Under the pieces are notes generated by a model, which was given only the letters and a program-made list of their open reading frames with translations, had not been told where the DNA came from and made no database searches. Positions 1 to 14,651 of a DNA stretch of 64,000 nucleotides are shown here, one piece after another; positions within the stretch are counted from its first letter, which is position 1; each line of letters starts with the position of its first letter. The position numbers and the translations under genes were made by a program. The DNA is from Octopus sinensis (taxonomy: Eukaryota): assembly GCF_006345805.1 (NCBI RefSeq), contig NC_042997.1, forward strand, positions 138,570,001 to 138,634,000. The letters are read 5' to 3'.

Positions 1-102
1 AAAGCAAAGTCAACAGCAGCAGTATTTGAATTTCGAATGTAAAGCACTGGAAAAAATTACTGTAAAGCATTCTTTCTGACGCTCTAATGATTCCACTAGC
101 CC
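1..102 (-). mobile_element. tRNA-derived SINE fragment (family B, head AAGGCGGCGAGCTGGCAG)
   Basis: Reverse complement resembles the 5' half of the copies at 56655, 59704 and 61154. Confidence 0.55.
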
Positions 103-249
103 ATGATGATGATAATAATCATATAGCTAGTAATAATTCCTCAAGAACTGGTCTGATTGTTTCGAGTTGAAGCATCTATGCAGACATAGGTTATGATTAG
201 AAAGTTACTGACATATGGAGAATGTCACGGGTTAGTTATACTGTAGGGC

Positions 250-251
<2 letters not shown>

Positions 252-323
<72 letters not shown>
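252..323. repeat. compound (TA)n(GA)n microsatellite
   Basis: Seen directly. Confidence 0.95.
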
Positions 324-330
<7 letters not shown>

Positions 331-1129
331 TATCTATATGATAGATACAGCTCATACTTTCGGTACACATAAGCCTCCTAGTAAATGCCTGTATGTATAA
401 CCATACTGATCTACACAGGGGTGTATACAAATGTGCATACACTGCCACTAGGGTATGTGCAATTTGCTTAAAATAACTGTGAAGGACACATTGGAAGAAA
501 AATAAATGGGAAGGCCACATCTGCAATGTCCGATCATAGGTCTACTTGTCTCGAGCTGAGTTGAGGCTACACAAAAATGTGTGCGCAAACACTAGCATAA
601 ATGTGTGTATAACGGTACAAACATAAAAAACACACCCTGGAATTCACATACGCATACCACCTGTACAGATATACATATACACACGTATGTACTCACACAC
701 ACACACACTCGCAATCATAAAGACAAGTATAAAGAAGTGCGCACTTATAAGTTCATGTCCCAACTACATTCAGTGGTGAAGAGCTTATGTACACACATTA
801 ACAAAACGCTATATGAATATACACACACTCAATAAAAGGGTGTGGACACACAACGTACAGTTTGATAACATGCACATACATCACACAAGAATAAAAATGA
901 AACACGCTCAACTACACAAACAAAATTTCAAAGATATATATATATACGTATACACACATATAGATAAACAGATATACACCCATATAGATAGATAAACAGA
1001 TATAAGTATTATACATACATATATATACACTGTTCCATGTTGATAAGCAAGCAGCAACAAGTAAACTGGTATACCGACCGATGCATACAAGGACATATAA
1101 TTACAAAACACATACAGACACACGCATGC

Positions 1130-1540
1130 ATACACATACATACGCACGCATGCGCATACATTCAGTTAACTACATATCCAGATAGAGCAATGTATTTACA
1201 CACACACACACACATACATACAAACACATGTAGGCACATACATACACGCGCATGCGCATATATTCAAGTATCTATATACAAATATTGCAATATGTATGTG
1301 CGTGTGGGTATACATATATACACATGTATATATACATGCACACATACACATGCGCATGCATACAGATGTGCATGGATACACATACATGCACATGCACGTA
1401 CATTTGGCTAGCTACATCCAGATGCAGCAATGTATATATATAAATATATATATGTATATATACACACAAATGTATAAACATATATACACGCGCATGCGCA
1501 TACATTCAAGAAACTATATCTAGATACTGCAATATATATG

Positions 1541-1590
<50 letters not shown>

Positions 1591-1920
1591 TATGCATTCA
1601 TGTGCATACATTCAACTAACTACATCCAGATACAGCAATATATTTATACAAATATACACACACACACACACACATACACAGATGTATACACATACATACA
1701 TGCGCATGCGCATACATTCAAGTAACTATATCCAGACACTGCAATACACATGTGTATGTATGTATCTATCTATATATATACACACACACACATGCGCATG
1801 TACATACATGCAGTTAACTATATCCAGATATAGCTACATACACAAATACGCACACATGTGCATGCATGCAAACACATACATAAACATTCAGCTAACTATA
1901 TTCAGATACAGCAATACATA
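1130..1920. repeat. degenerate minisatellite with core CGCATGCGCATACATTCAGTTAACTACATCCAGATACAGCAAT, spaced by CA/TA runs
   Basis: Core recurs about 8 times (near 1145, 1250, 1395, 1490, 1600, 1703, 1795, 1885). Confidence 0.8.
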
Positions 1921-2549
1921 CATATATACATAATTATATATATATATTTATATATATTTTATATATATATATATATATACCTATATACATGTACACACAC
2001 ACATGCAGATGTGTAAGCATACACATATTTACACACACACACACACCACACAAATACATCTACCTCTATACACATTATACCCAAACAAACATACATACAA
2101 ATGTATATGCATTACACATACATATATCGTCATATTCCATATATGTACATGCACGCGTGTGCACACACACACACACAAGCATATATGCTAGTATGGGAAC
2201 TGAATGTGTGGGACACACCTAAGTTTTAGGTTCTATAACACACAAACTCACACACACACACACACCAAACACATACATATCTATATATATATATATAGTA
2301 TATATATATATAATATTATATATATATATATATAGATAGTTATATATATAAAAATTTATATATATATTGTTAGCTTTAACACGGTGAGCTAGCAATATGA
2401 GCTCACCCCGGTTGACTCAGTTCAATGGGAAAAGTATTATGTTGCTTGGTCTGCTGGAAATATTATGCAAAACTTCCGCTAGAAGAGCACAACACCTACT
2501 GTTGGTTTACAAAAGGAAGGACAACACTGGGTTATGCAGTCCCTATAAA

Positions 2550-4753
2550 TAAATATATACACATATATATATACATATAAATAATACATATCAATACATA
2601 TACACACACACATATATATATATATTACATACATATATAAACATACATATTACATATATATACACATATATAATATATAACATACATATACATATACACA
2701 CACACATATATTAATATATATATACATACATATATAAACATACATATATATATATATAGTACACATATATTATATATACCACAATATTATATATTATATA
2801 CATATATATACTGTATATATATACAAATATATACATATATATATACTATATATACTTTATATATACCACACACACATAATATAACCACACACATTATATT
2901 ACACACACATATATTATATATACACACACACATATTATATATACACACACATATATATATATATACACACATATATATATATATACCACACACCCATATA
3001 TATATACACACACACACATATATATATACACCCACACATATATTATAATTATATATACAGACACACACACATATAATATATATACACACACACATATATA
3101 TATACACACATATATATATATACACAACATATATATATACATATATATATATATACCACACACACACATATAGATATATATATAAACACACACATATATA
3201 TATATATATATATAACATATATATATATACATATATATCATTATTATATATACAACACATAATATAATATATGTATATATATAATACACACAAATATATA
3301 TATATCCACACTAATATATTATACATATATAGATATACAATACACACACATATATAATATACATATATATACACACACAACATATATATATATACATATA
3401 TATATACACACAATCATATATATATACATATATATATACATATGCACATATATATATATACAATATATATATACACCATACGCACATATATATTCTAACA
3501 TATATATATATACACACCACATATCTATAATATCATATATAGTTACACATCACACCACATAGATATATATATACATATATAATACCACACACACATATAT
3601 ATATAATACATATATATATTATACCCACACACATATATACATATACAATATATATATACACACACACACATATAACATATACTATATATAATAAACACAC
3701 ACACATAATACATAAATAATATATATAAATATATATATACACACACACCATATATACATATATATAGATATCTATATATACACACACCACATATATACAT
3801 ATATATATATAATATATATATACACACACACACATATATATATATACATATATATATATACACCACACACACATAAGATATATAACCTATATATATATAC
3901 ACACCACACATATATATATTACATATATATATATACACACACACACACATATATATATTACATATATATATATACACACATATATATATATATATATCAC
4001 ATATATATATACACACACACCACACATATATATACACACACACACACATATATATATACATATATATAATACACACATACACACATATATATACATATAT
4101 ATATACACACACACACACACACATATATATACATTATAATATACACACACACCCACACCACATATATATACATATATATATAACACACACACACACACAT
4201 ATATATACATATATATATATACATATATATATATTACCACACACACACACACATATATATACATATATATATATACACACAACACCATATATATATACAC
4301 ACCCACACACACACATATATATAACACCACACAACCATATATTATACACACACACACAAACAACACATATATATACAATATACCCAACACACATATATAT
4401 ACCACACACACACATATACATATATATATCACACACACACACATATATACATATATAACACACACACACACACACACCATATATATATACAATATATATA
4501 CACACACACATATATATATAATATATTTATATACACACACACATATATATATACATATATATATACACCACACATATATATACATATACATATATATATA
4601 CACCACACACACATATATATTATACATATATATATACCCACACACACATATATATATATACATATATATATACACACACACACATATATATATACAATAT
4701 ATAATACACACACACATATATATATACAATATAATACACACACACACCACAGA

Positions 4754-4789
<36 letters not shown>

Positions 4790-5046
4790 ATATAGATAAC
4801 ATATATAATACACACACCACCACACATATATATATACATATTATATACACACACACACATATTATACATATATATATACACACACACACAGATATATATA
4901 CATATATATACACACACACACACATACATATATATATATACATATATATACATACACACACACCCACACCATATATATATACAGATATACACACACACCA
5001 CACAACACACATATATATATACATATATATACACACACACACCACA

Positions 5047-5083
<37 letters not shown>

Positions 5084-5100
5084 CACACACATACCTACAC
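2550..5100. repeat. ~2.5-kb complex (TA)/(CA) low-complexity array
   Basis: Seen directly; source of the long Y/I/C/V ORFs. Confidence 0.95.
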
Positions 5101-5870
5101 ACACGTGTGTGCACATATGTGGAAAGGTCGTGGCTGGAATGCTTCTGATAATAACCAGGGGATGACTTAGGTATAATCTACTACTACTATTAGTACCACC
5201 ACCACCACCACCACCACTACTGTATATCATTTATGTACAGCCTGAAGTTGCCATGCAATTAATAGATCCAGTCTGGAACTTTATATTTAAGATATACAAA
5301 TACATTACACTGTTACATCTTGTTTTTATTTTTAATCTTTTAGTCAAGAAGGTTGGCAGCATCTATGGCTCTTTACAGCCATGGGTCATTTGGTACTTGA
5401 CTGCACAAAAAGAATAAATTTCTATTCTACTGACTATTGCAATCTGCAGGATGGGTATGCATCATATATATATGTGTGTGTGTGTGTGTAAAATATATGC
5501 GTTATATATGTAAAAATTAAATTATACATTGTGCACTTTGTGTTTTGTTATGTGTGTCATCCCCCATGGAAAAATGATCTCACATGAAAATGGTCTGTCC
5601 GTTGTGCAAAAAAATTTGGCGACCAGTTTTACAAGGCCTCCAAGTGTGGTGTAAGTAAGGGGAGAGGGGGTATCCTTAATCTAAAGACCTGGCCCCTAAT
5701 TTTTACAGCACTACTTAATATCTTAATATGTGTGTGTGTATATACAAATGCACAGTGTGTGTATATATACAGTAATCCCTCACTATATTGCGGTTCATTA
5801 TTTATGCTTACAGCAATTCCTCAGTGATACTGTTTTGCATTTATAATAAAATAAATATATACAATATTAA

Positions 5871-5917
<47 letters not shown>

Positions 5918-5920
5918 TAT

Positions 5921-6314
5921 AGGTGCAGGAGTGGCTGTGTGGTAAGTAGCTTGCTAACCAACCACATGGTTTCGGGTTCAGTCCCACTGCGTGGCATCTT
6001 GGCAAGTGTCTTCTGCTATAGCCCCGGGCCGACCAATGCCTTGTGAGTGGATTTGGGAGACGGAAACTGAAAGAAGCCTGTCATATATATGTATATATGT
6101 ATGTATATGTGTTTGTCCCCCTAGCATTGCTTGACAACCGATGCTGGTGTGTTTACGTCCCCGTCACTTAGCGGTTCGGCAAAAGAGACCGATAGAATAA
6201 GTACTGGGCTTACAAAGAATAAGTCCGGGGGTCGATTTGCTCGATTAAAGGCGGTGCTCCAGCATGGTCGCAGTCAAATGACTGAAACAAGTAAAAGAGT
6301 AAAGAGTAAAAGAG
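5921..6314 (+). mobile_element. near full-length young tRNA-derived SINE (family A, head AGGTGCAGGAGTGGCTGTGTGGTAAG)
   Basis: A-box-like GGCTGTGTGG, B-box-like GGTTCAGTCC, internal (TA/TG)n, tail GAAACAAGTAAAAGAG; many homologues in this window. Confidence 0.9.
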
Positions 6315-6654
6315 ATACTGTAGAGTACTCTTTCTACTTCACAGATTTTCACCTATCGCAGGGGGTTTTGGAACATAACACCCACAATAGTCGAGGGATT
6401 ACTGTGCACACACAACTGAAACCTTCATATTGTCTACCTGCATATTTTAGAAAATAACAGAACTTCAATTATTACTACTCAAGCATGTATAACAGTTATA
6501 CTTTGATGATGAGGTCAGAATAAAAACAAACAAATCTGGAGTGGTCTCACATACTTGCTAAGAATATTAGCCATTGACTGATATTGTTTCCATTTCATTA
6601 ATAATTTTCCATTTTGTTGTCCTTACAGCACTCATATTAACAATAATAATGATA

Positions 6655-6873
6655 ATAATCCTTTCTACTAAAAGCACAAGGTCTGCAATTTGCAGGGAGA
6701 GGACTAATTGATTACACTGACCCCAGTGTTTCACTGGCACTTACTTTATTGACCCTGAAAGGATGAAACGCAAACTTGACCTTGGCAGAATTTGAACTCA
6801 GAATATAGCAAAGAGCAAAATGCCACTAAGCATTTCGTCCAGTGTGCTATCAATTCTGCCAGTCCACCGCCTT
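6655..6873 (-). mobile_element. tRNA-derived SINE, family B
   Basis: Reverse complement starts AAGGCGGTGGACTGGCAGAA, has B-box-like GAGTTCAAATTC; matches 59704 copy. Confidence 0.8.
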
Positions 6874-6889
6874 AATAATGATAATGATC

Positions 6890-7200
6890 CATCCACTATT
6901 CTTGGGAGGGTCGTGAGGTTAGAGATCTCAGGCACCTCTTCCATAGGATCCTATCAGAAGCAATACTCATTAAACTTTCCAGCTGGATTCCCAAATGTGA
7001 CCAATTGAGGGTCCACCTCCAGTTCTCCTGCCAGTTGGCCTGGCTTGGAGACTGTCATATGATTCTTTACTGTGCACATTCTAACCACAGATCTGCTGTG
7101 CTGAAGTGGAGAAGAAACAGCTTGACCTTGAGAGACTCTCCTGACATGCCATGCACCCTGTCGAGTAACATTTACTTCAGAGTTCCTTTGTGGGAACATC
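6890..7200 (-). mobile_element. RTE-like LINE 3' end remnant
   Basis: Minus-strand translation ends GIQLESLMSIASDRILWKRCLRSL, resembling the DRxxW C-terminus of RTE ORF2; contains stops. Confidence 0.5.
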
Positions 7201-7416
7201 ACTTTGGCTGCTTGTATTCATGATCATATTTTTTCAGTCATTAATTAACATTCATGGCCATAATAATAATAACCCTTTCATGATCATAATCTTTGCTCAG
7301 GCCCAGTCAAATACATTTCCCTGAACATGAAACTGAACTTGTCATTTAAGATACTGCTTAACATACAAATATGTATGTATGTATGTATGTATTTATATTA
7401 TATATATATATATATA

Positions 7417-7552
7417 TCATCATCATTGTTTAACGTCCGTTCCCCATGCTAGCATGGGTTGGACGGTTCGACCGGGGATCTGGGAAGCCAGAAGGTTGCA
7501 CCAGCTCCGGTCTTATCTGGCAAAGTTTCTACAGCTGGATGCCCTTCCTAAC
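7417..7552 (-). mobile_element. SINE family C fragment, (GAT)n tail
   Basis: GGAAGGGCATCCAGCTGTAGAAAC ... CCCATGCTAGCATGG; matches 12155-12462. Confidence 0.85.
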
Positions 7553-7590
<38 letters not shown>

Positions 7591-7624
7591 TATATATAAT
7601 ATATGTGTGTTGTGTGTGTGGTGT

Positions 7625-7676
<52 letters not shown>

Positions 7677-8295
7677 TTTGTGTGTGCGTGAGTGTGTGTG
7701 CATATGTATGAGTATTTACTTGTTCTTGAAGAGGTTTTTTGATTGCTACTCTGAGTTTTAATGAATTATATGCTTCATAGTTCTGAGTTCAAATCCAACT
7801 AATGTTAACTTAGCCTTTTTATCCCACTGAATATTTATTTTCCAGTGTGCAGTTGGAATTACTACTACTACTACTACTACTAAGATGGTTTAGATGTTAA
7901 GGAGCTAGACTAGGTGCTTTAAGGTAACTTTATACGATGAGAAGAGAGGAGTAGAGAGTTGGAAAGAAAACATGATACAGAAAGACAAAAATGAAAAAGA
8001 GGATAGAGACTGATGGAGAGAGAGAGAGAGGAGTAGAAACTGAGAGAGAGGTGGAGAAGAGTGAGAGAATAACAAAGACAACAAGAGTGCTAGGCAGAAC
8101 CAGAGAGAGAGAGAAGGAGAGAGAGAGAGATGAAAGACCGAATAGATCAAGAGAAAAACTGAAAAGAATGATTCTGTAAGTGTTGGAATAAATAAAAGCA
8201 TTAAATACTAAGATATATATAAAAAAGAAAAAAATAGGGTAGAAATGGAGAAAAGAAAAAGATGCAGTTGTTTGATGTGTTTGTTTAAGTGCAGT

Positions 8296-8368
<73 letters not shown>

Positions 8369-8488
8369 TGTGTGTTTCACTTTAAATAAAATTAGGAAAA
8401 AGTCTGCTGCAAACTACCTTTTCCCCAGAAGACAAATTAAGAAGTGTTTGATATATGCTATTGAGTGTGTGAATATGTTTATGTTTGC

Positions 8489-8536
<48 letters not shown>

Positions 8537-8789
8537 CAGACAGATAGAAGGAAAGAATAAATAATGCACAGCTGTGGAGCCAAAATGCAACAGAGGGGAA
8601 CAGGTTCTAAAGTTCTATCTTTTTTTTTTTTAAATCAATATGGCCAGATACTAAATAATTTAAAAAGAGGATTCACATTATTTTCATTTTATCTATTTAT
8701 TATTTCTTTTCATTATTAATATCATCATTATTATTCTATATCAATATCTGCAGATACTAAAATATTTAATATACATTCTAATGATTATT

Positions 8790-10660
8790 TGGAGAGAGGT
8801 GGCAGTGGACTTTAAATGCCTACATCAACAAGCCCTGTCGCAACTCTTGACAGAAGATGTGAGGTGCAGTGAAAGGCCAATAACGGTAGCTGAAATATAG
8901 GCGGCAAGTGAATAGTTACATAACATGCAGATTGCCCAGTCTGGATGGTCTACCCTACAAGATTTATAAATACTTGGCAGATTCAATATGGCTAGATACT
9001 AAATAATTTAAATGGCTACTAAAATTATCATTATTAATATCATACTCTACATTGATAATTACAGACAATAAAAGAAGATTATTATACATTAACATGATTA
9101 TTTGGAGGTGGTAATAGATTTTAATGACTACCATCATTATTATTCTATATTCATGTCTACAGACACTAAAAAATTTAATATATATTAACATGATTATTTG
9201 GAGATGGTAATGGATTTTAATAACTATCTCAATGGCCTGCCAGGATTTTCATTGAAGACACAAAGTGCAGATTGTTTGGTCTGGTTGGTCTGCCCTTACC
9301 AAACTTATGCAGCAACCTCTTAGCAGCTGCCTACTGCAACTGGTAGCAGAATGACAGCATTCCCAACTCTACAAGCTGATTGAGTGATTTAACACTGCTA
9401 AGAAACAAGATGCAGACAAGAGGGATGTAACTGATAATTTCAGCTCATAACTCCTGAATGCAGAATTTAAGATTTTGGTTAATGTGTTAACAAACTGCTT
9501 TGGCACTTGCTGTAGGAAATTTGATTGGGAAAGTGTAAATAAGTGATCTTGAACAGATCTATACACAATCTCAATCTCCTGTGATACATATGAGAGAATG
9601 GATAAGAAACTAGATTTCAGCAAGGCCCTGATCAAGTTGGATCATTTGAAAGCACTCAACAAGATCAACAGTCAGTATTTGGTAGCTAGTTTTGGTCCCA
9701 TTTTCAAAGGCTGGCTTGCAACAATGTACAGTGATCAAAGTGAATGACCACATCTAAGAATCATTTTATATTGCACACTCAGTCTGTCCAGTATGTTTTT
9801 CTTTCACGTTTATGTGTTAGATCTCAAGCAATTGCTGCAGAACCAAGAGCTACTGAAGGCATCACATTTGAGAAATCTGTATTGATGCGCTGGACAATAT
9901 GGAAGTGGAAGTAGCCACTACCATTTTCCTAAAGGAATACAAAGCTGTGATAAAGTAAAGAATAACTTGGATAAGTCAATGGGCTTGCAGCTGGGCATCA
10001 GAAGAAGAAGTACTTGCTGTTGGACAATATCATTGGATGCTGAATCAATTAGATCTCTGGATGACCAGGAACTAGGACAAGGTTAGAAGCAAAGTAGCCG
10101 AATGGGCTAAGAGTAAGCTACCCTTAACGGTTGAAAGAAGTAGGGAATACCTATACTGCTTCTTTCATAATTTACTGCTTGACCATCATGCTTTGCCCCA
10201 GTTTATGTCTAATTAAATTGAAGTAACTAGTCTTTTACTTCTTATTTCAGTGGCCATGCAGTCCTATCTGCTGCTAACACTCTCTGTTCAGGGTGCTTGA
10301 TATGCCATGGCTGTTGGTATGCAGATATGTACTGAGAGAAGTCTCAGTTTATAAAGCAAGTCTTCATACAGCTTATCTCTTTGACAGAACTGCAATCCTA
10401 GGTCAAGCAAAAACCAAGAATGGAGGCCAGGCATCTGGAATATTGTCAGGCATTGCAGTTAGTGGAAGTTCAATGCTAGCAATGTATAGAAGATTAAAAG
10501 ATAGAAAAGAGCAACAACATTCAGAAGGAAAGGCTGGACATTGATGAGAATGAACTGGCTGGCCTGTTCTGAAAGATTTTCAGGACAAAGACTATGGATA
10601 ACTTCTAGAAATTCTTGGCCTTGAAATGGTACTGTAAATTTTTCCACTGTATAGGAAGGT
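8790..10660 (+). pseudogene. decayed L1/Tx1-clade LINE ORF2 (reverse transcriptase)
   Basis: Plus-strand frames give LDGLPY-like, DNF..LLNAEFKILVNVL, ALIKLDHLKAL, GFGP-like ASFGPIF..W..MYS, KSMGLQLG, LDMPWL, LAMYRRL and KTMDNF, colinear with Tx1-type RT; many stops and frameshifts; N-terminal piece duplicated at ~8790-8970 and ~9195-9310. Confidence 0.75.
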
Positions 10661-10807
10661 TTTTCTTTTTTAAGAGCATTAATGATATAAACGAAGGATG
10701 GTACAGTAATTAAGAAACAGAGGAACATCATAATGAATACCATTTTTAATTGCTCAGTAAGTAATATGGAGGAAGAAGGAATATTAAATTTTTAAAATAA
10801 ATTCATC

Positions 10808-10949
10808 CAGGCATAGCTCTGCAGTTAAGAATCTTGCTTTGCAACCACATGATTTCAAGTTCAACCTCACTGTACAGAACCTTGGGCAAATGTTTTCTGC
10901 TATAGCTCTGGACTGTCCAATGCCTTGCGACTGAATTTGGTAGACAGTA

Positions 10950-10981
<32 letters not shown>

Positions 10982-11210
10982 GATTTACATGTGAGTGTTT
11001 TTGTATCCATGTTTGTTCACTCTCTGATAACAACTAGGTAACTGGCATTGATTTGTTTATGTCCCAGTAACTTATTAGTCCAGCAAAAGCGATTGATAGA
11101 ATAAGTACCAGCACTTAAAAATATAAGTACTGGGGTTGATGTCTTTGACTAAACTCTTCAAGACAGTGGCCTGGCATAGCCGAAGTTCAATGAGTGGAAC
11201 AAGTAAAAGA
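10808..11210 (+). mobile_element. old SINE family A
   Basis: Colinear with 5921-6314, CpG-decayed. Confidence 0.8.
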
Positions 11211-11877
11211 AAACAATTACAGATGTAAACAAATAAACTCAGCTTGTTGTGATCAGTGTTCTTTACTGTTTAAAAAAAGGGCCATTATTTTGAGGTTTCT
11301 CTCATTCTGGATGTCATCATTTCAGAGATTTTCTATACAGTTATGAGAGAGGGGGGAGAGGGAGGGAGTAAAAGTGAGTGAGTGTGATATAATAACTACT
11401 AGTTGTGTACTAGATATTCCATTCAATTGTCTACGCTCACTCCCACCTCTACAAACATGTGGCCTTGTGCCAATGTGGGAAATCATTATTATCAATAGTA
11501 GAAAAAAGTGAAGGTGCTTTTGTAGTTATTACCCCCACCATTTCACTTCACTATAATACCACACTTCAAAATTACACAGAATGAATAAATATATAATAAT
11601 AATAAACACTGCCCTAGCATGGCCACAGTCTCTGGTTGAAATCAATAACAGATTAATAGAATAACACATGGACAAATATCTTAATTATTCCTTCCGGTTT
11701 CAATTTACTATTTACAAAGAATGTATTTTTTTCTAATGGCTATTTCTTTAGAATGGTGCTCCTAACATCTATCCTACCCATCATTTCACTTTTGATTCAC
11801 TCATTTCATAACTATACATATCACATATATGACAGGAAAACAATCCAATTTTCATCAAAAATTCAGGTATACAGGTA

Positions 11878-12040
11878 CAGACAGGGCTGTGCGGATAAGA
11901 AGCTTGCTTTGCAATTGTACGGTCTCAGGTTCAGTCCCACATTGTGGCATCTTGTGCAAGTGTATTCTACTACTACAGCCCGATGCTGATCAATATCTTT
12001 TCAGTAAATTTGGTAGACAGAAACTGTATGGAAGTCTGTT
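11878..12040 (+). mobile_element. SINE family A 5' half
   Basis: GGCTGTGCGGATAAGAAGCTTGC ... GGTTCAGTCCCAC. Confidence 0.75.
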
Positions 12041-12154
12041 GGACATCTATCCATCCAAACCCAAACCCACCCATCCATCTATATACATACATATCAATAA
12101 ACACACACATATATCTATATATGTGTGTGTGTGTATGTATATATATATATATAT

Positions 12155-12462
12155 GGCATGTAAAAAGCACTACCTGATTGTGGCCAATGCCAGTACCCAC
12201 TGACTGGCTTTTGTGCCGGTGGTATGTAAAAAGCACCATCCAAACAAGATCGATGCCAGGCCCGCCTGACTGGCCCCTGTGCCAGTGGCATGTAAAAAGC
12301 ACCCACTACACTCTCGGAGTGGTTGGCGTTAGGAAGGGCATCCATCTGTAGAAACATTGCCAGATCAGATTGGAGCCTGGAGCAGCCGCTGGCTCTCCAG
12401 ACCTCAGTCAAACCATCCAACCCATGCCAGCATGGAAAACGGACATTAGATGATGATGATGA
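12155..12462 (+). mobile_element. SINE family C
   Basis: Repeated GGCATGTAAAAAGCAC units, GGAGTGGTTGGCGTTAGGAAGGGCATCC, (GAT)n tail. Confidence 0.85.
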
Positions 12463-12466
12463 TTTA

Positions 12467-12952
12467 TGTATATTAATATTACTATTTTGGTTAGGTATAG
12501 TGATACTAATAATCTGATGTTAGAACACAGTATACATATACTTCAGAGGAAAGCATCAGAGTGTGTGTGTGTGGTGTGTGTGTGTGTGCGTGCGTGCATG
12601 TGCTTTTGTGTTTATCCTCCTCTGCCACCACTTGACAACCAGTCTCGGTTTGTTTACATCCCTGTAACTTAGCAGTTCTGCAAACCAGACCAATTGAATA
12701 AGTACCAGACTTGTATATTAATATTACTATTTTGGTTAGGTATAGTGATACTAATAATCTGATGTTAGAACACAGTATACATATACTTCAGAGGAAAGCA
12801 TCAGAGTATGTGTGTGTGTGTGTGTGTATGTGCATGCATGTGCTTTTGTGTTTATCCTCCTCTGCCACCACTTGACAACCAGTCTCGGTTTGTTTACATC
12901 CCTGTAACTTAGCAGTTCTGCAAACCAGGCCAATTGAATAAGTACCAGACTT
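12467..12952. repeat. ~245-bp direct tandem duplication including a SINE A 3' half
   Basis: TGTATATTAATATTACTATTTTGG begins at 12467 and 12712; units nearly identical. Confidence 0.95.
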
Positions 12953-13869
12953 AAAAAGAAGAATAAGCATTGAGATAGAATTCTTTGAAGCTATGCCCCA
13001 GTATGGTCGCAGTTTAATAACTAAAACAATATATATATATATATATATATAGTCCAGTAATCTCTTTTTTGCTTTCCATGAATATATCTGAGAGAAAGAG
13101 AGAATGAGAGAGAAGAGAAAGAGGGAGGAGTGAGAGAGAAGAGAGAAAGAGCGAGGAGTGAGAGAGAGAGAGAGAGAGATAGGGGGAGAGACTGACACAT
13201 CAGGAGAGAGAGAGAGATGAGATAGAAAGGAGGGAAAATGGGTAGGTGAGGGTAAGATGTGATAACCAGCAAAAAGTGTTGGAAGGACTGAAAAGAGAGA
13301 ACTTAGCAGCAGATAGCTATTGTTGTTGCAACTACTGTTGCTGCTGTAGTGATACACACACACACACACATCCATCCCTCTCCCTTTTGCCTGCTCACAA
13401 ACTCACTCTACTTTTCTATCATTGTTGTAAGACTGGCACATAACTTTCATATTTCTGTGAGTGCCATCACCTTATTCAGGCAGATCTTGGCACCAAGTTC
13501 AGTTTGTTGCAGCTATTCCACCGACCAAATCAATGCTGCTACTTAAAAGATAAAAAAGATAACAGCAAAAAAAAAAATAATAATAATAAATAAATAAATA
13601 AAATAAATAAAAATAGAGAAAAATAAAAATAAGAGGAACAACTGTACCACAGCTACTGGGGAACTGTAGATCAAGTATATCCAAACAAGACATACATAAA
13701 CATACACACAGAGAGGCAGACATATTTTTGATTGTATGGGAATTGGGATATATATATAATATATATATATACACACACAATATATATATTATATATATAA
13801 TGTATATATGTGTATATACAATGTGTGTGTATATGTATATATAATATATAGTGTTCTTTTATTGTTTTA

Positions 13870-14205
13870 TTTGTTTCAGTCATTTGACTGCGCCAATGCT
13901 GGAGCACTGCCTTTAGTTGAACAAATCGACCCCAGGACTTATTCTTTGTAAGCCTAGTACTTATTCTATCGGTCTCTTTTGCCAAACCGCTAAGTTATGG
14001 GGATGTAAACACACCAACATCTGTTGTCAAGTGATGGTGGGGAGACAAACACAGACACACACATATATATATACATACATACAATGCACTTCTTTCAGTT
14101 TCTATCTACCAAATCCACTGGCCCAAGGTGTCATGCAGTGGGACCGAACTCGGAACCATGTGGTTGGTAAGCAAGGTACTTACCATAGAGCCACTCCTGC
14201 ACCTA
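13870..14205 (-). mobile_element. SINE family A
   Basis: Reverse complement of 5921-6314. Confidence 0.9.
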
Positions 14206-14231
14206 TAGCCACTCCTAATTTTTATATCTTT

Positions 14232-14610
14232 TACTTGTTTCAGTCATTAGACTGTGGCCATGCTGGGGCATAGCCTTGAAAAATTTTACTCACACAAATT
14301 GACCCCAGTAATTAATTTTTTTTTTAAGCCAGGTATTTATTTTATATCTCTCTTTTGCCAAACTGCTAAGTTACAGAGATGTAAACATACCAACACCAGG
14401 TGTCAAATGGTAGCGGGAACAAACACAGACACAAAAAACTCACATATATACAACAGGCTTTCTTTCAGTTTTAGTCTAACAAATCTATTCACAAGGCTTT
14501 GAGTGACCTGAGGCTATAGTGGACAACACTTGCCCAAAGTGCCACACAGTGTGACTGAACCCAGAACCATGTAATTGGGAAGCAAACGTCTTACCACAAA
14601 GCCACACCTG
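14232..14610 (-). mobile_element. SINE family A
   Basis: Second inverted copy adjacent to the previous one. Confidence 0.85.
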
Positions 14611-14617
14611 TACCTAC

Positions 14618-14648
<31 letters not shown>

Positions 14649-14651
14649 TAG

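Noticed and set aside
2787-5230. Long ORFs (up to 312 aa) rich in Y/I/C/V/M/H/T; similar ones at 20083-22262, 33855-34893, 43095-43979, 61804-63633
   Set aside because: They are translations of stop-free TA/CA/TATC/CATA microsatellites
10459-10743. 94-aa and neighbouring minus-strand ORFs (also 9369-9635) that look like a HEAT or membrane protein
   Set aside because: They are antisense to the decayed Tx1 RT on the plus strand
13389-13545. Minus-strand exon candidate after TTATCTTTTTTATCTTTTAAG
   Set aside because: All three frames are closed and there is no independent support
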